Positions 36,203 to 49,654 of a DNA stretch of 64,000 nt are shown here, piece by piece. The notes under the pieces are model-generated. The model worked only from the letters and a program-made list of their open reading frames with translations. It was not told the origin of the DNA and did not search any database. The first letter of the stretch is position 1, and every line of letters starts with the position of its first letter. The stretch spans positions 44,144,001 to 44,208,000 of the forward strand of contig NC_043007.1 of NCBI RefSeq assembly GCF_006345805.1. The letters run 5' to 3'. The stretch comes from Octopus sinensis. Its lineage: Eukaryota. A program made the translations under genes and the position numbers.

Positions 36203-38440
36203 CAGGCATACCTCATCCTATATTGTTAATTGGTTCTAGGAGACACGACTTCAGTTGAAAAATGTCGACTTAACTTGTTTCTAGGCTAAACCGACAATAA
36301 CCATTTCCACTTTATACTTCATTTATGAATGCATTTTCAATAATAATTAATAAAACCTATTTTAAGCTTACAGACAAATAGTTTATATTTTTTAATACAG
36401 TACAGTAAAAAAAAAAGTAATCTAAATTTACAAATATAATTTGGCAGTGTTTACTGTACATTGCAGATGCTTTATTTATGAATGCAGTTTGCAATAAGAC
36501 AGTAAAATAAAAACCTTTTTTAAGTTTAAAAAACAAATTCAGTAATTACTATTATTTTGCAATAGTAAAAAAAAAAACCTAAATTATTTAAAATCTACCA
36601 ATACATACATGCAATTTGGTGGTTTACATCATGGATGAAGATGGCTGTGGATTGTCCACATCAACAGCTGACTCTGGCTGTTCTTGCTGTTCAATGCACT
36701 TAGAAAACTGGTTGAGAGTTACTTGAACTGTCTTCTTCCTCTTTTTCTCAAGGATTACATTATAAGGAGCAAAAGCTTTGTGACAAGCCCCCATAATCTT
36801 GGAAAAGCGTTGAGCATTTGGATCCATATCCTCAAACATAGAAAGACCTTTTTTGATATATGCAAATGCTTACTGCATTTTCTTAATGGTAAAGTGATGT
36901 GGCTCAGGTTCGACTTCTTTATTTTGCTGCTTGTGAAGCTCTATCAAATCCTCATTCATCAGGAGATGCTTGTCTTTTTCAAATAAATCTGTGAAATCCT
37001 CCTCCAAATCCATTTCCAGGTCTTTGCTTGTAGTCACCGTTTTGTAGATGGCAACATTATCAAACCCCTTAAAATCATTCACAAACTGCGGGGAAAGCTT
37101 CGTCCATACACCATTCATAGCCTTGCTCTGTACATCATTCCATGCTGCTGCTATGTTCTGTACAGCCCTGTAGATATCGTATCTCTTCCAAAAGTCATGA
37201 AGTGTGATGGACTCATCAAGATCAGTTACAGTTATTGCTTGCCACAGCAAATGCTTCATATAATAACACTTGAAGATAGCAATTATTCTTTGATTCATTG
37301 GCTGCAGAAGAGACATGGTGTTCGGAGGGAGGTATACGATGGTAATGTTGGAGTCAAAATCTACAATGTTTTGCGGGTGGCCAGGAGCATTATCTAAGAT
37401 AAGTAAAACCTTAAAAGGAATTCTCTTCTTACAGTACTTCTCTGCTGCTGGGATAAAGTGATTGAAGAACTAATCTTCAAAAACAACAACAGTAACCTAT
37501 GTTTTTGAGTTAGCCAAGGAGAGATGCCTTGGGTATGTTCTTCAGCACACAGTAGTTGTGAGCATGATAGACAAGCAATGGCTTTAACTTAAAATCTCCT
37601 GCACAATTACCTCCCATCATAATGGATTACCTCCCAACACATTCTTTTGAGACCTTGTAGCCTGGAATAGATTTCTCCTCCTTGGAAATTAATGAATGGT
37701 CTGACAATTTTTTCCACTACAATCCAGTTTTGTCTACATTAAAAATCTGTTCAGGAAGAAACCCATTTTCTTTGATGATTTTCTTTAATGCATTAGGAAA
37801 TTCCACTGCTGCTTGTTCATCAGCTCATGCACTTTCACCTTGCTTCTCAATGGAGTGATAACTTCTTTGCTCCTTAAATCTCATGAAACATTTCTCATCT
37901 GGATATTTTTACTTCACGTCCTCAAACAAAGACAACGCTTTCTCTTGAATGTTTTCTTGACTAATAGTAGTATACTGATGATTCAACCTAACAATCCAAA
38001 GAGAAAGAAAACTTCCCATTTCTTCAAAGATTTTGCCTCTTTTCTTGTTGATGACAGTGTTCTTCATCTCTGGGGCTTCAGATTTGTCCTTATTATGTAC
38101 AATTGTCAATACAGTTGTCTGACTCTTCCCACAAGATCGTGCAATTGCTATCACTTTTTCACAACGTTCTATCATAGCCAGTTTATCTTCTAGCATTATA
38201 GCATGACGCTTAGCACTTCCACTATGAATTTTCTTAGGAGCCATGGGGGCAAAAAATAAAGTCACAAATGAATGAGAAATTAGCCGATAAACAGACGTAA
38301 ATAAATCTGGATTCAAAACAATCATGGGAATCATGAATAACACCGACACCTAACAGTAGATATTGAAACTACAGTGTAATATGAGTTCCGAGAGACCAAT
38401 TAATAAGACAAATCGGTTAGGTAGTTCTCAAGTTTTAGTG
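36203..38440 (-). mobile_element. Degraded Tigger/pogo transposon
   Basis: MAPKK..KRHAIMLEDKLAMIER (CENP-B HTH), SLLQPMNQRIIAIFKCYY (DDE_1), CAGGCATACCTC Tigger-like TIR at 36203. The opposite TIR was not found. Confidence 0.88.
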
Positions 38441-38477
38441 ATGCACACATACAGGCAGACAGATACACATTTGCAGT

Positions 38478-38700
38478 TGAGCTGGCAGAAACGTTAGCAC
38501 GCCGGGCGAAATGCGTAGCCATATTTCGTCTGCCATTACGTTCTGAGTTCAAATTCCGCCGAGGTCGACTTTGCCTTTCATCCTTTTAGGGTCGATAAAT
38601 AAAGTACCAGTTACGCACTGGGGTCGATGTAATCGACTTAATCCCTTTGTCTGCCATTGTTTGTCCCCTCTATGTTTAGCCCCTTGTGGGCAGTAAAGAA
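38478..38700 (+). mobile_element. Young tRNA-derived SINE
   Basis: gagctggcagaaacgttagc...gagttcaaattcc B box...gcctttcatcc...gtcgataaa; CpGs intact; older copies at 16858-17075 and 42345-42560. Confidence 0.8.
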
Positions 38701-38720
38701 ATATATATATATATATATAG

Positions 38721-38779
<59 letters not shown>

Positions 38780-40785
38780 AGGCTTGGAGATGTCATTATG
38801 AAAGACTGCTGAATGTGGAGAATGAATGGGAAGAAGAGAGTCTGCCAAGAGTTGACCCAACTGAGGGACCAGCTACCCAAATTGACAGTACTGTGGTAGA
38901 TAAAGCAATTAAAGATATGAAGACAGAGAAAGCCAGGAATCACTGCTGAAATGCTTGAAATACCTGGCGGTGTGGGTTATTAGCTAGTCACCTGTATTGT
39001 AAGGAGTCATACCCAATGACTGGTGTAGCTGTACTATAGTCAACTGCTACAAAGGTAAAGGCAATGCCATAGATAAAAAGAATTACAGACATAATTGTTG
39101 GATCAGGTGTTGAAAGTTATAGAGTGAGTAGTTTAGTTTTGTGTCAGGTAGAAGCACCACTGATGCTATATTTCAGGTAAGGCAACTTCAAGAGAAATAT
39201 CTAACCAAAGATAAACGTCTGTACTTGGCTGTTGTTGACTTGGAGAAAGCTTTTACAGGGACCCCTGATCTCTTATCCGGTGGTCAACGCGGAAACTAGG
39301 GATAGATGAGTGGTTGGTGAGAGATGTACAAGCCTTCTACAGGGACACTACCAATAAGGTGAGGGTGGACAATGAGTACAGCAAAGAATTCAGGGTACAA
39401 GTAGGGGTTCACCAAGGATCAGCACTCAGCCCCCTCTTGTTCATCATAGTCCTCCATGCAATAACAAAGGTATTCAAGACAAATGACCTTGCTCTTTTAG
39501 TTGAATCACTACCTGAACTAGTTCTGGTAGTGATTCAGCAGTAAGACCAAGTTCATCAGCATAGAAGAACTCCAGGTATGGAAGCAAGGTCTAGAATCAA
39601 AGGGCCTTAGGGCTAACCTAGTAAAACCAAAGTCATAGTAAGTAGGAAGGCAGACAAATCACAAATCCCTTCAGGTATATGTCCATGCTTAATTTGTAGA
39701 AAAGGTGTAGGGAGAAACTCCATAAGATGCACCCAGTGTAAACTTTTGGACACATAAAAGATGAAGCAACATCAGAGGACAGTTAACAGGGAGACTAACC
39801 TCTGTATGTGGAAGGTGCACAGGTACAATAAACACTGAAAATGTGCAGAAAATAGACTCCATCGACTGCCAGGTAGTAGATAACTTCTGTTATCTAGGCG
39901 AATAAATTAATTGTGGAAGTAGATACTCCGAGAGCGTAGCTGTGAGAATAAGATTAGGCTGGGAAAAGTTCAGAAAGCTCCTACTCCTGCTGGCAACAAA
40001 GGGCCTCTCTCTCAGACTAAAAGGGAGATTGTATGATGCCTGTGTGCAAACAGCTATGCTGCATGGCAGTGAAACATGGGCTATGTCAGTTGAGGACATG
40101 CGTAGGTTTGAAAGAAATGAAACCAGTATGCTTCACTGGATGCGCAATGTCAGTGTGCATGTTCAACAGAATGTAAACATCTTGAGAGAAAAGTTAGGCA
40201 TAAGAGGCATCAGATGTGGTGTGCAAGAGAGACAACTGTGCTGGTATGGTCATATGATGTGCATGGACGAGGATAGCTGTGTAAAGAAGTGCTGATCTCT
40301 AACTGTGGAAGGATCTTGTGGTAGAGGTAGACCCAGGAAGACATGGGTTGAGGTGGTGAAGCATGATCTTCAAGCGTTGAGCTTCACAGAGGCAAAGTAG
40401 CTGAGTTCCACACAGGTATTGGGACTCATGGAGGCAAGGTGACTGAGTTCCTTTCGAGTGTTGGACATCATGGAGGCAATGACTAAGATTTTTGGTATGC
40501 CGTGCTTGAGAAGATCCATCAAGCTGAGCAAAATCACAATCATGGCAAATTGACATTTGTGCCGGTGGCATGTAAATGCACCCCAGTATCACACAAATGG
40601 CACCTGTGCTGGTGGCACGTAGAATCCCCCATTCAACTCTGGGAGTAGTTGGCTTTAAGAAGGGCATCCAGCTGTGGAAAATCATGCCAAATCAGACTGA
40701 AGTCTGGTGTAGCCTTCCAGCATGCTAGCCCAGTCAAACTGTCCCCATGCCAGCATAGACAATAGACGTTAAATGATGATGATAT
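38780..40785 (+). mobile_element. 5'-truncated degraded RTE LINE (RT and 3' UTR)
   Basis: VQVGVHQGSALSPLLFIIVL, RIRLGWEKFRKLL..KGRLYDACV, GRPRKTW, RTE-type 3' tail ending in (GAT)n. Confidence 0.88.
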
Positions 40786-40824
40786 ATCTATATATATAAC
40801 TACATCTATCTATCTATATGTGTG

Positions 40825-41075
40825 TGTGTGCGGAAACTAGGGCTAGATGACTGGTTGGTGAGAGCTGTACAAGCTGTGTACAGGGTTGCTACCAGTAATG
40901 TGAAGGTTGGCAATGAGTACAGTGAAGAATTTAGGGCACAAGTAGAGATTCACCAAAAATCAGTCCTCAATCCCTTCTTGTTCATCACAGTCCTCCAGGA
41001 AATAACAGGAATTTAAGACAGGCTGCCCCCGGGAGCTCCTCTATGTTGATGACCTTGCTCTTACTGCTGTTGTCC
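40825..41075 (+). mobile_element. Second RTE RT fragment
   Basis: RKLGLDDWLVRAVQAVY...NPFLFITVLQ, paralogous to 39290-39500. Confidence 0.75.
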
Positions 41076-41242
41076 AATCTGGTGAAGAAGTGAAGAGGCC
41101 AAAAATAGATAGAGCTATAAAGACACGTATGAAGTGTTTATAGTTATACGTATTTTGCCATGCCTGATGAAACTCTTTTGCAGAACAGATTATATATCAG
41201 ATATACTGGAATCATTACTTCATATGCTTACTTGTGATTTAA

Positions 41243-42316
41243 CCCTTTCGTTACTATATTTCTGACCAAATTACACCCCTTATATGTTTCAATTAATTTC
41301 TAACGTAATCATAAATTTAGTCTGGTTTCATTAAACAACTATAACTTTTTTATTTATCGATATATCAATCTGATTTTTGGAAGATAATTTAATGAAATAT
41401 TCTCAACCAATTCTATACTATAATTTTTGTTACAAAGTGACTCTAATTGCAGGTAGATACAGGTAAATTCCACAAAATATAAAATTATTAAAATTTTGTT
41501 CAAACATCGCTATAGAAAATGGGTTATTAGCTAATATTCAATTGGGTATATAACAAAATTTTACGACAGAATTTGTTATTCTGGGTAACTTTCTGATACC
41601 CATAATAATATTTACGGCAAAATAGTCTTAATTTCATTTAAGGTTGAGGGAAACCACAAACTATCGTTTCTTTTGCTTTGTTTACGTTTAGCGTAACGGT
41701 TCGTCTCCGCTGTAATGATTTCAAACAGGCTCATTCGAAAAAGTAAAAAGAAATAGTCTAAGGCTTTACTCTTCTGGGAAAGTCTGTGGCTTGGTCCAGT
41801 TTCTTCAGAGAAATCACCGAAAGAAACAGTTTTTAAATTTTCACTCCATTCAGGTGCCAATTCGTTTTCTTTATCGCTGTCGGAGATCTCAGATTCACTG
41901 TTTTCACTTTCGGAAAATGAAACATCAGATTCATTATGAAATACCACATGCTTTTTTTTTTCAGTCATAGAGTTAGATTTATGAAGGTCTTCAGTAGAAA
42001 ATCCTTCGAATTCTGACTCGCTGAAATTCGTATCCATTTTTTGTCAGAATTACAAATTTTGAAAACACAATAGGAACAAATTTCGGAAAAAAATCTCCCA
42101 AAATTCACGGAATTAAAATTACACTTCGATTATTGTACAAAACTGTAGTTGAACTGTTTACAAAGTATAATACGTGTTTTCACGAATGTACTGAAGAGAT
42201 TTGCTCTGATATTCTCATTTAAATATGAATAGGTAAATTCGGGCAGCTTTGGGCGGTTTGGTTTCATAAACCAAAATTTTGTTCGGGCGGCTTTGGGCGG
42301 TTTGGTAACGAAAGGG
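41243..42316 (-). mobile_element. Internally deleted piggyBac element
   Basis: TTAA|CCCTTTCGTTAC ... GTAACGAAAGGG|TTAA; 141-aa transposase N-terminus (ALDYFFLLF...IITAETNRYA); subterminal direct repeats at 42241 and 42285. Confidence 0.93.
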
Positions 42317-42794
42317 TTAATTAATATATTATTTCATATTAAGGCAGCGAGCTGGCAGACTCGTTAGCACACTAGGTGAAATGCTTAGTGGCATTTCATG
42401 TCTTTACATTCCGAGTTCAAATTCTGCCAAGATTGACTTTGCCTTTCATCCTTTCAGGATTAATAAAATAAGTACCAGTGGAGTACTGGGTCTGATGTAA
42501 TCGACTCACCTACCGCCCTTAAAATTGCTGGCCTTGTGCCAAAATTTGAAACCAATATTATGACACATATCTACAAGTAGAAGGGAACATAAAATCACTT
42601 CTTTATATACTTCCTTCGAATGTCCTTCATACTGACAAGTCTAGGGGTTGGATAAAATCAAAACTAAAGAAAATCAATTTCACAAAAGAGGCACAACCTT
42701 CAGCTCAGGGAAATATGTTGTATTTCTGTAAATTCAACTATTAGTCTATTAACAAATTAGACTTTATTGTTGGTTATGAAGAATTTAAACTTAC

Positions 42795-42876
42795 CACTAT
42801 CTATATGAAGTTTCATATCTCGAGCTCTGTGCCGCAAGATTGAAGATAATTGCCTTGAAAGATATTGTTGCTCTTC
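42795..42876 (-). CDS. TRPT1: TRPT1 exon (EEQQYLSRQLSSILRHRARDMKLHIDS-G)
   Basis: ttgcag acceptor, G|gtaagt donor, phase 0/1. Contains the Tpt1 LSxxLRH motif. Confidence 0.9.
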
Positions 42877-43864
42877 CTGCAAATGAATAAATATATATAA
42901 TCAATAGTATTGTGTGTATCCTGCTTTCTACCCTTTTTAAAAAATAAGTAGATCATATAACTGTCTGTTCTAAGAGTCTAAAAACGTTGGCACCATGAAT
43001 GGCATCAAGCTGTTTACCACAGAATTGATCCCTCTGTCATTTTATATACATTTTCCCATGGCTCTTTTACTATACATTGTTGACAATCATAGCTGTTTTT
43101 CTTTGACTTGCTTTTTTTGTTGCTTTTCTGTCCTTTCCTTTACAAATGAGGTAGAGTGCACCTGAGCACTGTACACAATACACTCATCATTATTATAATG
43201 AAGTGGCGATTATCATTATTCCTCAGCATAGTTACTGCTTTCATCTCTTATAGAGATTTTCTAATTGACTTATTTGCCTGTTATAAGAACAATGACTAGT
43301 TGTCAATTATTTTTCTATATATTGTGAGCTGGAATGAACTACTGCTATCTCTAGCAGATGAGTATCCACCACTGATGATGAGCACAAATAGCTCAAATCT
43401 GTACGATCTGGTGGTCCTGTCACTGGAAGTTGGTAAGGGTTCACTCTCGTGCTTGCAATATATACTGGGTGCTGATTGCATTGATTAAGCAGTTGGAAGA
43501 GGTGTCCATCGGTTCTTATGGAACAGCCATGCTGAAGTGGTGATAAAAATTACTCCTCAGTATAGTTACTGCTTTCATCTCTTATAGAGATTTATTAACT
43601 AGCTAAACTATAAAATCATTTTCTATAAAAACAAAAAGAAAAAAAAGCACTCACAAAGGATACATTTACTAATGTAATTTAAGATAAACTATGTTTAAAT
43701 ATGTTAGATAGTGGCTAGAATGTCTTTAATTGCAGGTCTGTGCACCTGAGCTGACCTTGAATTGAAAAAAAAAGAAGAATGCAAAGGCAGAATGACAAAC
43801 GTTAAAGCAAAAGTTGTTTAATATCAAATTACTGCATTATTAGATACTTATGACTTACATTTAA

Positions 43865-44080
43865 ACCTTTAGCATACAAATTATTCTGCCAAATGTAATG
43901 CTTATTTATTCACATTTTCAGTTAACCATGCACTATCCCATAGCTTTGGGATTTTGATGATGTGATTGTTTATTTTAGAATGACATTGTAGGATAAGTGT
44001 AAGAGAACAGTTCTGGCCAGTTTTCACAAATAACAGCTGGAATATTTGAGCTGGATATGGCCAGTTTAAACACTAATGGG
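43865..44080. mobile_element. piggyBac-type MITE, same family
   Basis: TTAA|ACCTTTAGCAT ... AAACACTAATGGG|TCAA termini and shared internal sequence. Confidence 0.65.
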
Positions 44081-44146
44081 TCAATGGTGGAAAACTGACT
44101 TACAAATGGCATTTCATATTGATTAATCTTAATATATGATACTTAC

Positions 44147-44233
44147 TGCATCTATATCTGTTCCCCTTGAATAAGACCGGCCATTTGGGTAAAATTGGGA
44201 ACTGCTTTGTGCATTACCTCGACTGGATGATTG
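44147..44233 (-). CDS. TRPT1: TRPT1 probable N-terminal coding exon (QSSSRGNAQSSSQFYPNGRSYSRGTDIDA)
   Basis: Pyrimidine tract plus cacag acceptor, GCA|gtaagt donor, 87 bp, phase 0/0, open and compatible with the next exon. No ATG in frame; low-complexity and not homology-supported. Confidence 0.55.
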
Positions 44234-44439
44234 CTGTGGGTGATAAATGTAAGAAGAATAAGAACATAAATAATTAGCTTTAACAATGTATATGTGTGTG
44301 TCTGTGTACGTATGTGTGTATAAACTCTCACACACACATATATACACATGCAAAAAAGAAATATTCATAGACACATCATCTGTATCTATAAAAGGCATGA
44401 TATGTGTGTGTGTGTGTATATGATTGTAATTTATGCATG

Positions 44440-44600
44440 TCCACAAATTAGCACCGCAGTCGCTCCAATTTTAGGAGGACATTCGTCAACATCCTACCTG
44501 GGTTTTGTCAACTTATTTTTTTCCCGAGGCACCCGCAGATAGCAGTAAAAATCTATTTTCAGCCATAACTTTTACCAATTTTGAAGGTTGCTAACATGAG
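44440..44600 (-). promoter_or_regulatory. Candidate TRPT1 promoter / 5' UTR exon ending at donor 44498
   Basis: Local CpG retention in CpG-poor surroundings; CAG|gtagga donor just upstream of the first coding-like exon. No in-frame ATG. Confidence 0.3.
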
Positions 44601-45079
44601 TTAAGTCCCTTCTAGCCATAGCCAAGCAAAAGTGTGTGTGTGAGGAAGAGAGAGTGTTTCACAATGTCTAACAAAAAAAGTAAAGAAAAAGTATGTGTAA
44701 GGAAAAGTGGGAGATAGTTTGACAGCGTCTAACAAAAAAAAACAAGGTAAAGAAAAGTGAAATAGAGGCAGAGGGTTTGACAGCGTTTAACAAAAAAAAA
44801 GGGAAAGACAAAGTGAGAGAGAGAGAGAAAAAGGGAGAGAGAGAGAGAGAGAGTATGTGATGACGTTCATAAAAAATAAAATGTAAAATATTTTGTTTTT
44901 TCTTAAACACGAGATATAGTGCTCAAATTTAGGATGTTTTTGAAAGACACTATTTTATAATCAGATTATATATACTTTCTCACAAAACAATTATAATATA
45001 TGTGTAGTACATGTAACTATGTTGGGTTGTCTTATATGTACAATTAGCATGTCACACACTGAGTTTGAGTGCAACAAAA

Positions 45080-45400
45080 GGATCTGGGTCATGAGATATT
45101 CTCGGATGTACATCATAACTCCTCCATGGCTTCTGTGTTTTCTATCACCTCACAATTCAACATCTGTGATGTTGGGTTTTAGGTGGATGTAAGTGAGTTC
45201 TATACATAAGGCTTGATGGCATGCCACTAGGTCTGTCAGGAAGGTAATTTTGGTTCTGTTAATGAGTTGTAATACTCCTTTTATATTTCTGAAGTATACT
45301 GGTGTGACCTCTCTGCTACTGTCACTGATGTCCGACCTGGGTTCATTGGCTGTGGCAGTCTTTCATGTTGGTGGGATTTAACTTTGACTCTGAAATTGAA
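45080..45400 (-). mobile_element. Old LINE APE endonuclease remnant
   Basis: Translation NIKGV...HLKPNITDVE...RSHGGVMMYIRE resembles the APE N-terminus seen at 55478-55150. Confidence 0.5.
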
Positions 45401-45697
45401 GCCAGGTTAGATTTTGCACAATCTTTTGAGCTATGCATAGAAAAGATTGTTGCTCAGCTGCAGCCACTATGACGATTTCTGGATGGGTTGGTTTTTGGAG
45501 GTAGTGTGAAAAAAGTGTAAGCTTAAAACATCAAACGCTTTTCCATTCTTCCTACATGTTAAACTAATGCACCTGCTTGTTATTCCTTCACCTGTCTTTA
45601 TTTTCCTTGTAAATTTGAACCGTATATATATATATATATATATTTTTTTTTTTCTAGTTTCAGCTCAGAGCTGCGGCCATGCTGATGCACCGCCTAT

Positions 45698-46805
45698 ATA
45701 TAGGGTGATTAACCTAAGTCTAGACATTCATTTTACTTATATTTAATTAACATTTCTTTTCTTATTTCAGAAATCAAATACTCTTAACATTTAAGCTAAT
45801 ATGAATAACATAAGTAAAGCAATTGAAGGGTCATTCAAGAAAGGAAAAACTCCTAGCAAGATTTCCAAGATTTTGAAACCCACTGTCAGCAGATAAGGAG
45901 TCTATAAAGTAATCAAATGAATAAAAGAGACTGGTTCTTCCTTACTAAGAGTGAGAACTAGTCCACCTCCACCAGTGAGAACTCAAATACTCACCAAAAA
46001 CACCAAAGAAAAGGTCAGATGTAACCCAAAAAGAAGCACCAGAAAACTTGCTTCAGGAGCTGGTACAACCTATGGAACTAAGCGTAATTTGTTGAAAAAT
46101 GATCTTCAGTTATTCCCATACAAGTTATCAAAAGCACATCTTTTGTCTGAAGCCACAAAGAGCAAAGCTTCTTCTACAAAAGCTGAGAGATGGTACACAG
46201 CCATGAAAAGTTATTCAGTGTGCAAATGTGCCACAATCCACAAAATGATTGTATGTATGCAGTAAATAAAGAGGACATTCCTGTCTGACAAAAATTATCT
46301 TTTCAATGGCAGAATCCTCCATCCATAATGGCATGAAAACCCCTCTAATCTTCATTGAAGTGGGTGTAAAAATCAACTGACATGTTTATTTGGACATGTT
46401 AATGGATAAAGTAGTCCCTTGCAACAATAGGGGACGAATGTGTAAATCTCCAACAAGACAGCGCAACATCTCATACGGCTAAAAATGTCAAGAGAATTTC
46501 AAGGCATTCTGGGTCCCTCTTCACTTGACTTGAATCCAATGGACTTTGGCATATGGTCTATCCTTGAGAGAAAAGCCTGTGCTGATTTTCACACAAGTCT
46601 CAGAGCTCTTGAGCACCATTTGTGAAAATGCTAGGATGAAATCTCCAAAGAAACTGTTCATGCCTTTTACTCCCAAGTTGTCCCCAGGCTCTAGAAGACG
46701 GTCTCTATCATCTTAATCTACCTTTTCCTGAGTTTTATTTTTAGCATATTTAAATTCGATATACTATTTGAATAAATATGTCTACATTTTGTCTGATCAC
46801 CTTGT
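45698..46805 (+). mobile_element. Degraded Tc1/mariner (maT/DD37D-like) transposon
   Basis: KEKVRCNPKRSTRKLA..DLQLFPYKL, QQDSATSHTAK, SSLDLNPMDFGIWSILE; degenerate AGGGTGAT TIRs. Confidence 0.78.
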
Positions 46806-47534
46806 GAGTGCGTATATTCACACACACACACACATGCATACATACATATATGCACACACACACACACGCACCTATACATACATGCATGCACACACACCTC
46901 CACACATCATGGACTCATATAAAACATATATACATATACGTACATTAGAGTAGTATTGAGATGGACCATGGTAATTTGATGATCTAGACCATTGTTCATT
47001 CTGGAAATATATTGAGAATATAGGTACAATTAATAATAAACTTTCGCTAAATCTATATTGAAAAAAACAGATATATTTATACAAAAACATGTAATCATGC
47101 TGGTGCCCCAGCATGGCCGCGGCCTTAGGACTAAAACATTTTTAAGGATTTAAATACCATTTTCCCTTCAGTCTCCCTAGACACACACACACATCACATA
47201 CACAAGTACCACATATACATACATACACACACCACATATACATACATAAACACACACATTAAATATGCATGCATATACATGGTGCTGGGTGACATCTGCG
47301 GTGGAACATTGTGAGATACATCTTGGTTATGGCTGTTTCTGCACCAAAAACTATCCACCCACTCCCATGCCTATCTTTTTATTTGGAGTACTCTTCTCTA
47401 TATGCACACAACTCCTTGCCTCTCTCTCTCTCTCTTCTTACCTCCTCCCCATAGAACTGAATTTTCACCTGGACCTTAACTTCTTTTTATTTTTCTCTCT
47501 TTACTCATTTCTATCACACCTTTCTCTTTTTTTT

Positions 47535-47576
47535 TTTTCTGATGAAGGACTCTATATCCTAATAGAAATATTAAAA
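47535..47576 (+). ncRNA. Degenerate hammerhead-like motif
   Basis: UUUU-CUGAUGA-A-GGA...UCC then extra UAAUA before GAA-AUAU-U-AAAA. Spacing is imperfect. Confidence 0.3.
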
Positions 47577-47849
47577 TTACTAAGTCTCTCTAAAGGAGAT
47601 TACGGCAGCGTTATTGGATATTAATAGTTATCGCCATACTAATATGGCAGTCTATATCCCTTTTGCTTTCAAGTGTGAAATTATGAACACCTTTGTGAAA
47701 ACATGGCTCTCTTGTGTTTTTCTTCACCATGTGTGTATGTGTATGTATTACCCTAGCATAATAAGAGTATACGTGAAAACAGTATATACATAATCAGCAA
47801 CACCACCAAGCAGTGGTGAAGAATAAATAAACTAGGTTTGTTAAAATAT

Positions 47850-49178
47850 GTCAGTGATATATTTTAACCACTAAAGGAAAATTCATTGCAGTTCCTGCAG
47901 AGAAAACGTTCTCTAATGTTAGAAGGTGAAAAAATATCACATCTGCCCAGTGCTTCCCTCTAGTGGAAAGCCCCTGATCCATCATAAATGGGGAAAAAAA
48001 CCTGTCACCTGTTGACTGGATGCATAACTGCAAGGCATGAATTAGCAAAAGTCTATCTTTGAATTGGTTCCTCTGATGCTTTATCCCTCAAGTCAAGTAA
48101 TACCTCCAAAATGTTTGCATTGGATAATGTTAGTGGTCACTCTTTGGATTTGAATCACGAGGGAGTCCAAGTTGAGTTCCTCCCTGCCAACACCACCTCC
48201 CTCATCCAGCCTATGGATCAAGGTGTGATCTGTGCTTTCAAGGCATAATCCGTGCTTTCAAGGCACTTTACACTCAGAACTCTCCAACACCTTGTGGATG
48301 CAATGGATTCGGACAAGAATTTCAAGTTAAAGGAGTACTGGTGTAATTTCACGATTGCAATGTGCATGTCCTCCATCCACACTGCTCTTAAAGACATGAA
48401 AAAGAAACTCTCATTGCATTCTGGAAAAAGGTGTGGCCAGTATGTGTCCATAACTATGAGGGCTTCTCACCTAAGAAATTCAGCACGAGGCTGTCAACAA
48501 TGCAGTGAAACTGGCAAAGGTACTTAGTGGCGAAGATTTTGACGACTTCACACAATATGAGGTCAACGACCTTATCGATGTCCACTCCAAAACCTGACAA
48601 AGATTTGTTGGGGTTAAGGAAGTCTGCCAGTGAAGAGGAGGAAGCGCCAAATCGAGAGGAAGAGGAGGGTGAGGTGGGCCTGACAATAAAATCTCTGTCC
48701 AACCTTTTAAGGACAGCAAAAGAATTGCAAGGGAAGGTGGAAGCATGGGATCCCTATGGTTCAGTCTCTCCAATTTAAATACACCATCGATGCAGCCATA
48801 TAAAACTCTCCTCACTACCATGAAGAAACAACGACAGCAACTTCTCATCACAATGTTCTTCAAGCCCACCAAGAAAGCCTTATACAAAGATGCAGCACGT
48901 GAAGAAGTGGCGTCACCCGCAGAGCTTTAAATCTTCTTTGCTATGCAGTCATTACCTTCATTATTTTCATCATCATTGTCTTAAATCAATATCATTCATT
49001 ATTGATGGGTAACTGAACATTTTACTTTATTTTTTAATTAAATTATTATTAATTGTATATATATATATTTACAATATTTTACGTGATATTTTGACATTCA
49101 TAGGCATTTTTAAGGACCATGTCCAATATTCGCAGGTGCTCTAGGAATGTAACTCCTGCAAATACCGGGGGACTGCTT
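47850..49178 (+). mobile_element. Degraded Tigger/pogo transposon 3' half
   Basis: NTTSLIQPMDQGVICAFKA, KEYWCNFTIA, KKQRQQLLITMFFKP; TIR-like end near 49175. Confidence 0.82.
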
Positions 49179-49654
49179 AACATTAGTTAAGATTTAGTAA
49201 AAGAATTAAGTTCTAATAGGATATTTTTCAAACAAAATATATTTTTGTTAAATATTATTCTTTTACTCATTCTGGATAATATTAGCACTGTTGTTACATT
49301 TCTAAATAAAATATACTAACGAATGTTTCTCAAATAATTGTAAATTGAGATGGTTTTTTAAAAAAAAACAACTATTTATGGGATAATACCACCCTACCCC
49401 TGTAAATGTACCACTTTACTATGTTCCATTACTAAATACAGTGCTTGGATTGGAATAGACAAAACTAAATAGTTGATGAATTTTGAATTTTACATCATGA
49501 CGATGACTACTATGTATGTGTGTGTGGGTATATGTATGTATGTATATATATATATGTATATATGTGTTTGTGTATATATATATGTGTGTGTGTGTGTGTA
49601 TATATATATATGTATGTATATATATATATATATATTAATATATATATTAGGTCA

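Noticed and set aside
41164-41190. CUGAUGA hammerhead candidate
   Set aside because: No stem II and no GAAA at a suitable distance.
15203-44233. Functional link between TRPT1 (acts on RNA phosphate ends) and the ribozymes in its introns
   Set aside because: Hammerheads yield 2',3'-cyclic phosphate and 5'-OH ends, which are not the canonical Tpt1 substrate, and these repeats appear dispersed, so co-location is probably chance.
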